From Gammaproteobacteria bacterium (GTDB taxonomy: Bacteria; Pseudomonadota; Gammaproteobacteria; Eutrophobiales; Eutrophobiaceae): DNA of 64,000 nt. This document shows positions 63,639 through 64,000 of this stretch, in pieces (within the stretch, counting starts at the first letter, position 1; each line of letters begins with the position of its first letter). The translations under genes and the position numbers were made by a program. Location of the stretch: NCBI GenBank assembly GCA_965116495.1, contig OZ220696.1, positions 4,032,001 to 4,096,000 of the forward strand, written 5' to 3'. Under the pieces are notes generated by a model. It saw only the letters and a list, made by a program, of their open reading frames with translations, did not search any database and was not told where the DNA came from.

Positions 63639-64000
63639 CCCGCTTAGGGATATCCAGTACCAGTTTACCCGGCATATTCGTGACCCGGAGAATGCGCCGG
63701 CGCCCGCAGATATTGAGGAGCGTCGGATGGCGATCTACCGTGGCTTGCTGTATCGCAACGTAGAGAGTTTCCTGGCGAACAGTTTCCCGGTACTGAGGAA
63801 GGTCCTCAGGGATGATGAATGGCATTCGTTAATGCGGGAATATTTTAAAAACCACCGGTCACGCACGCCTCTGTTCCCCAGGATGCCCCAGGAGTTTCTG
63901 CAATACCTCCAGGAAAATAAAGATACTGCTGAGGGCTTGTACCCGTTCCTGCTCGAACTGGCTCACTACGAGTGGGTGGAACTGGCGTTGTCTGTCGACA
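63607..64000 (+). CDS. DUF2063 family MNIO partner protein (HvfC-like), partial
   Basis: Manual translation: [59 protein letters not shown]; runs off window. Confidence 0.9.
   Translation, partial: MPPSSARNSLSPLRDIQYQFTRHIRDPENAPAPADIEERRMAIYRGLLYRNVESFLANSFPVLRKVLRDDEWHSLMREYFKNHRSRTPLFPRMPQEFLQYLQENKDTAEGLYPFLLELAHYEWVELALSVD

Overview
Chromosomal window from a moderately GC-rich gammaproteobacterium, mostly housekeeping genes: dapD/dapC, leuB-asd-fimV-truA-trpFBA-accD-folC-dedD-cvpA-purF, phaA-phaR, sucAB-lpdA, gltA-mdh-rppH, dps, mpl, nth, fdxA-mutS, htpG, nbaCD, prmB, aroC, tldD, hom-thrC, recJ-prfB(+1 frameshift)-lysS. Accessory material: (i) a BlaI/M56 pair at the left edge behind a possible att-like scar; (ii) an AT-richer hotspot after nth with a PD-(D/E)XK nuclease plus DUF1156-type adenine methylase, scrambled toxin-antitoxin remnants, nhaA and a PP2C gene remnant; (iii) soxCD-like and TA genes between prmB and aroC; (iv) an MNIO (DUF692) RiPP cluster with a 9-Cys EGKCG-repeat precursor at the right edge. 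Most notable: about 20 copies of a modular GGGG[A/T]C[A/G]G...C[T/C]G[A/T]CCCC palindromic repeat family, several supplying stop codons and tails to core genes; an NCS2 permease fused to a degenerate RsbW-like (HATPase) domain; and an orphan RnfE lacking both Fe-S cysteines. No rRNA, tRNA, CRISPR array or transposase was recognised. All calls are by-eye motif recognition; no database searches were run.
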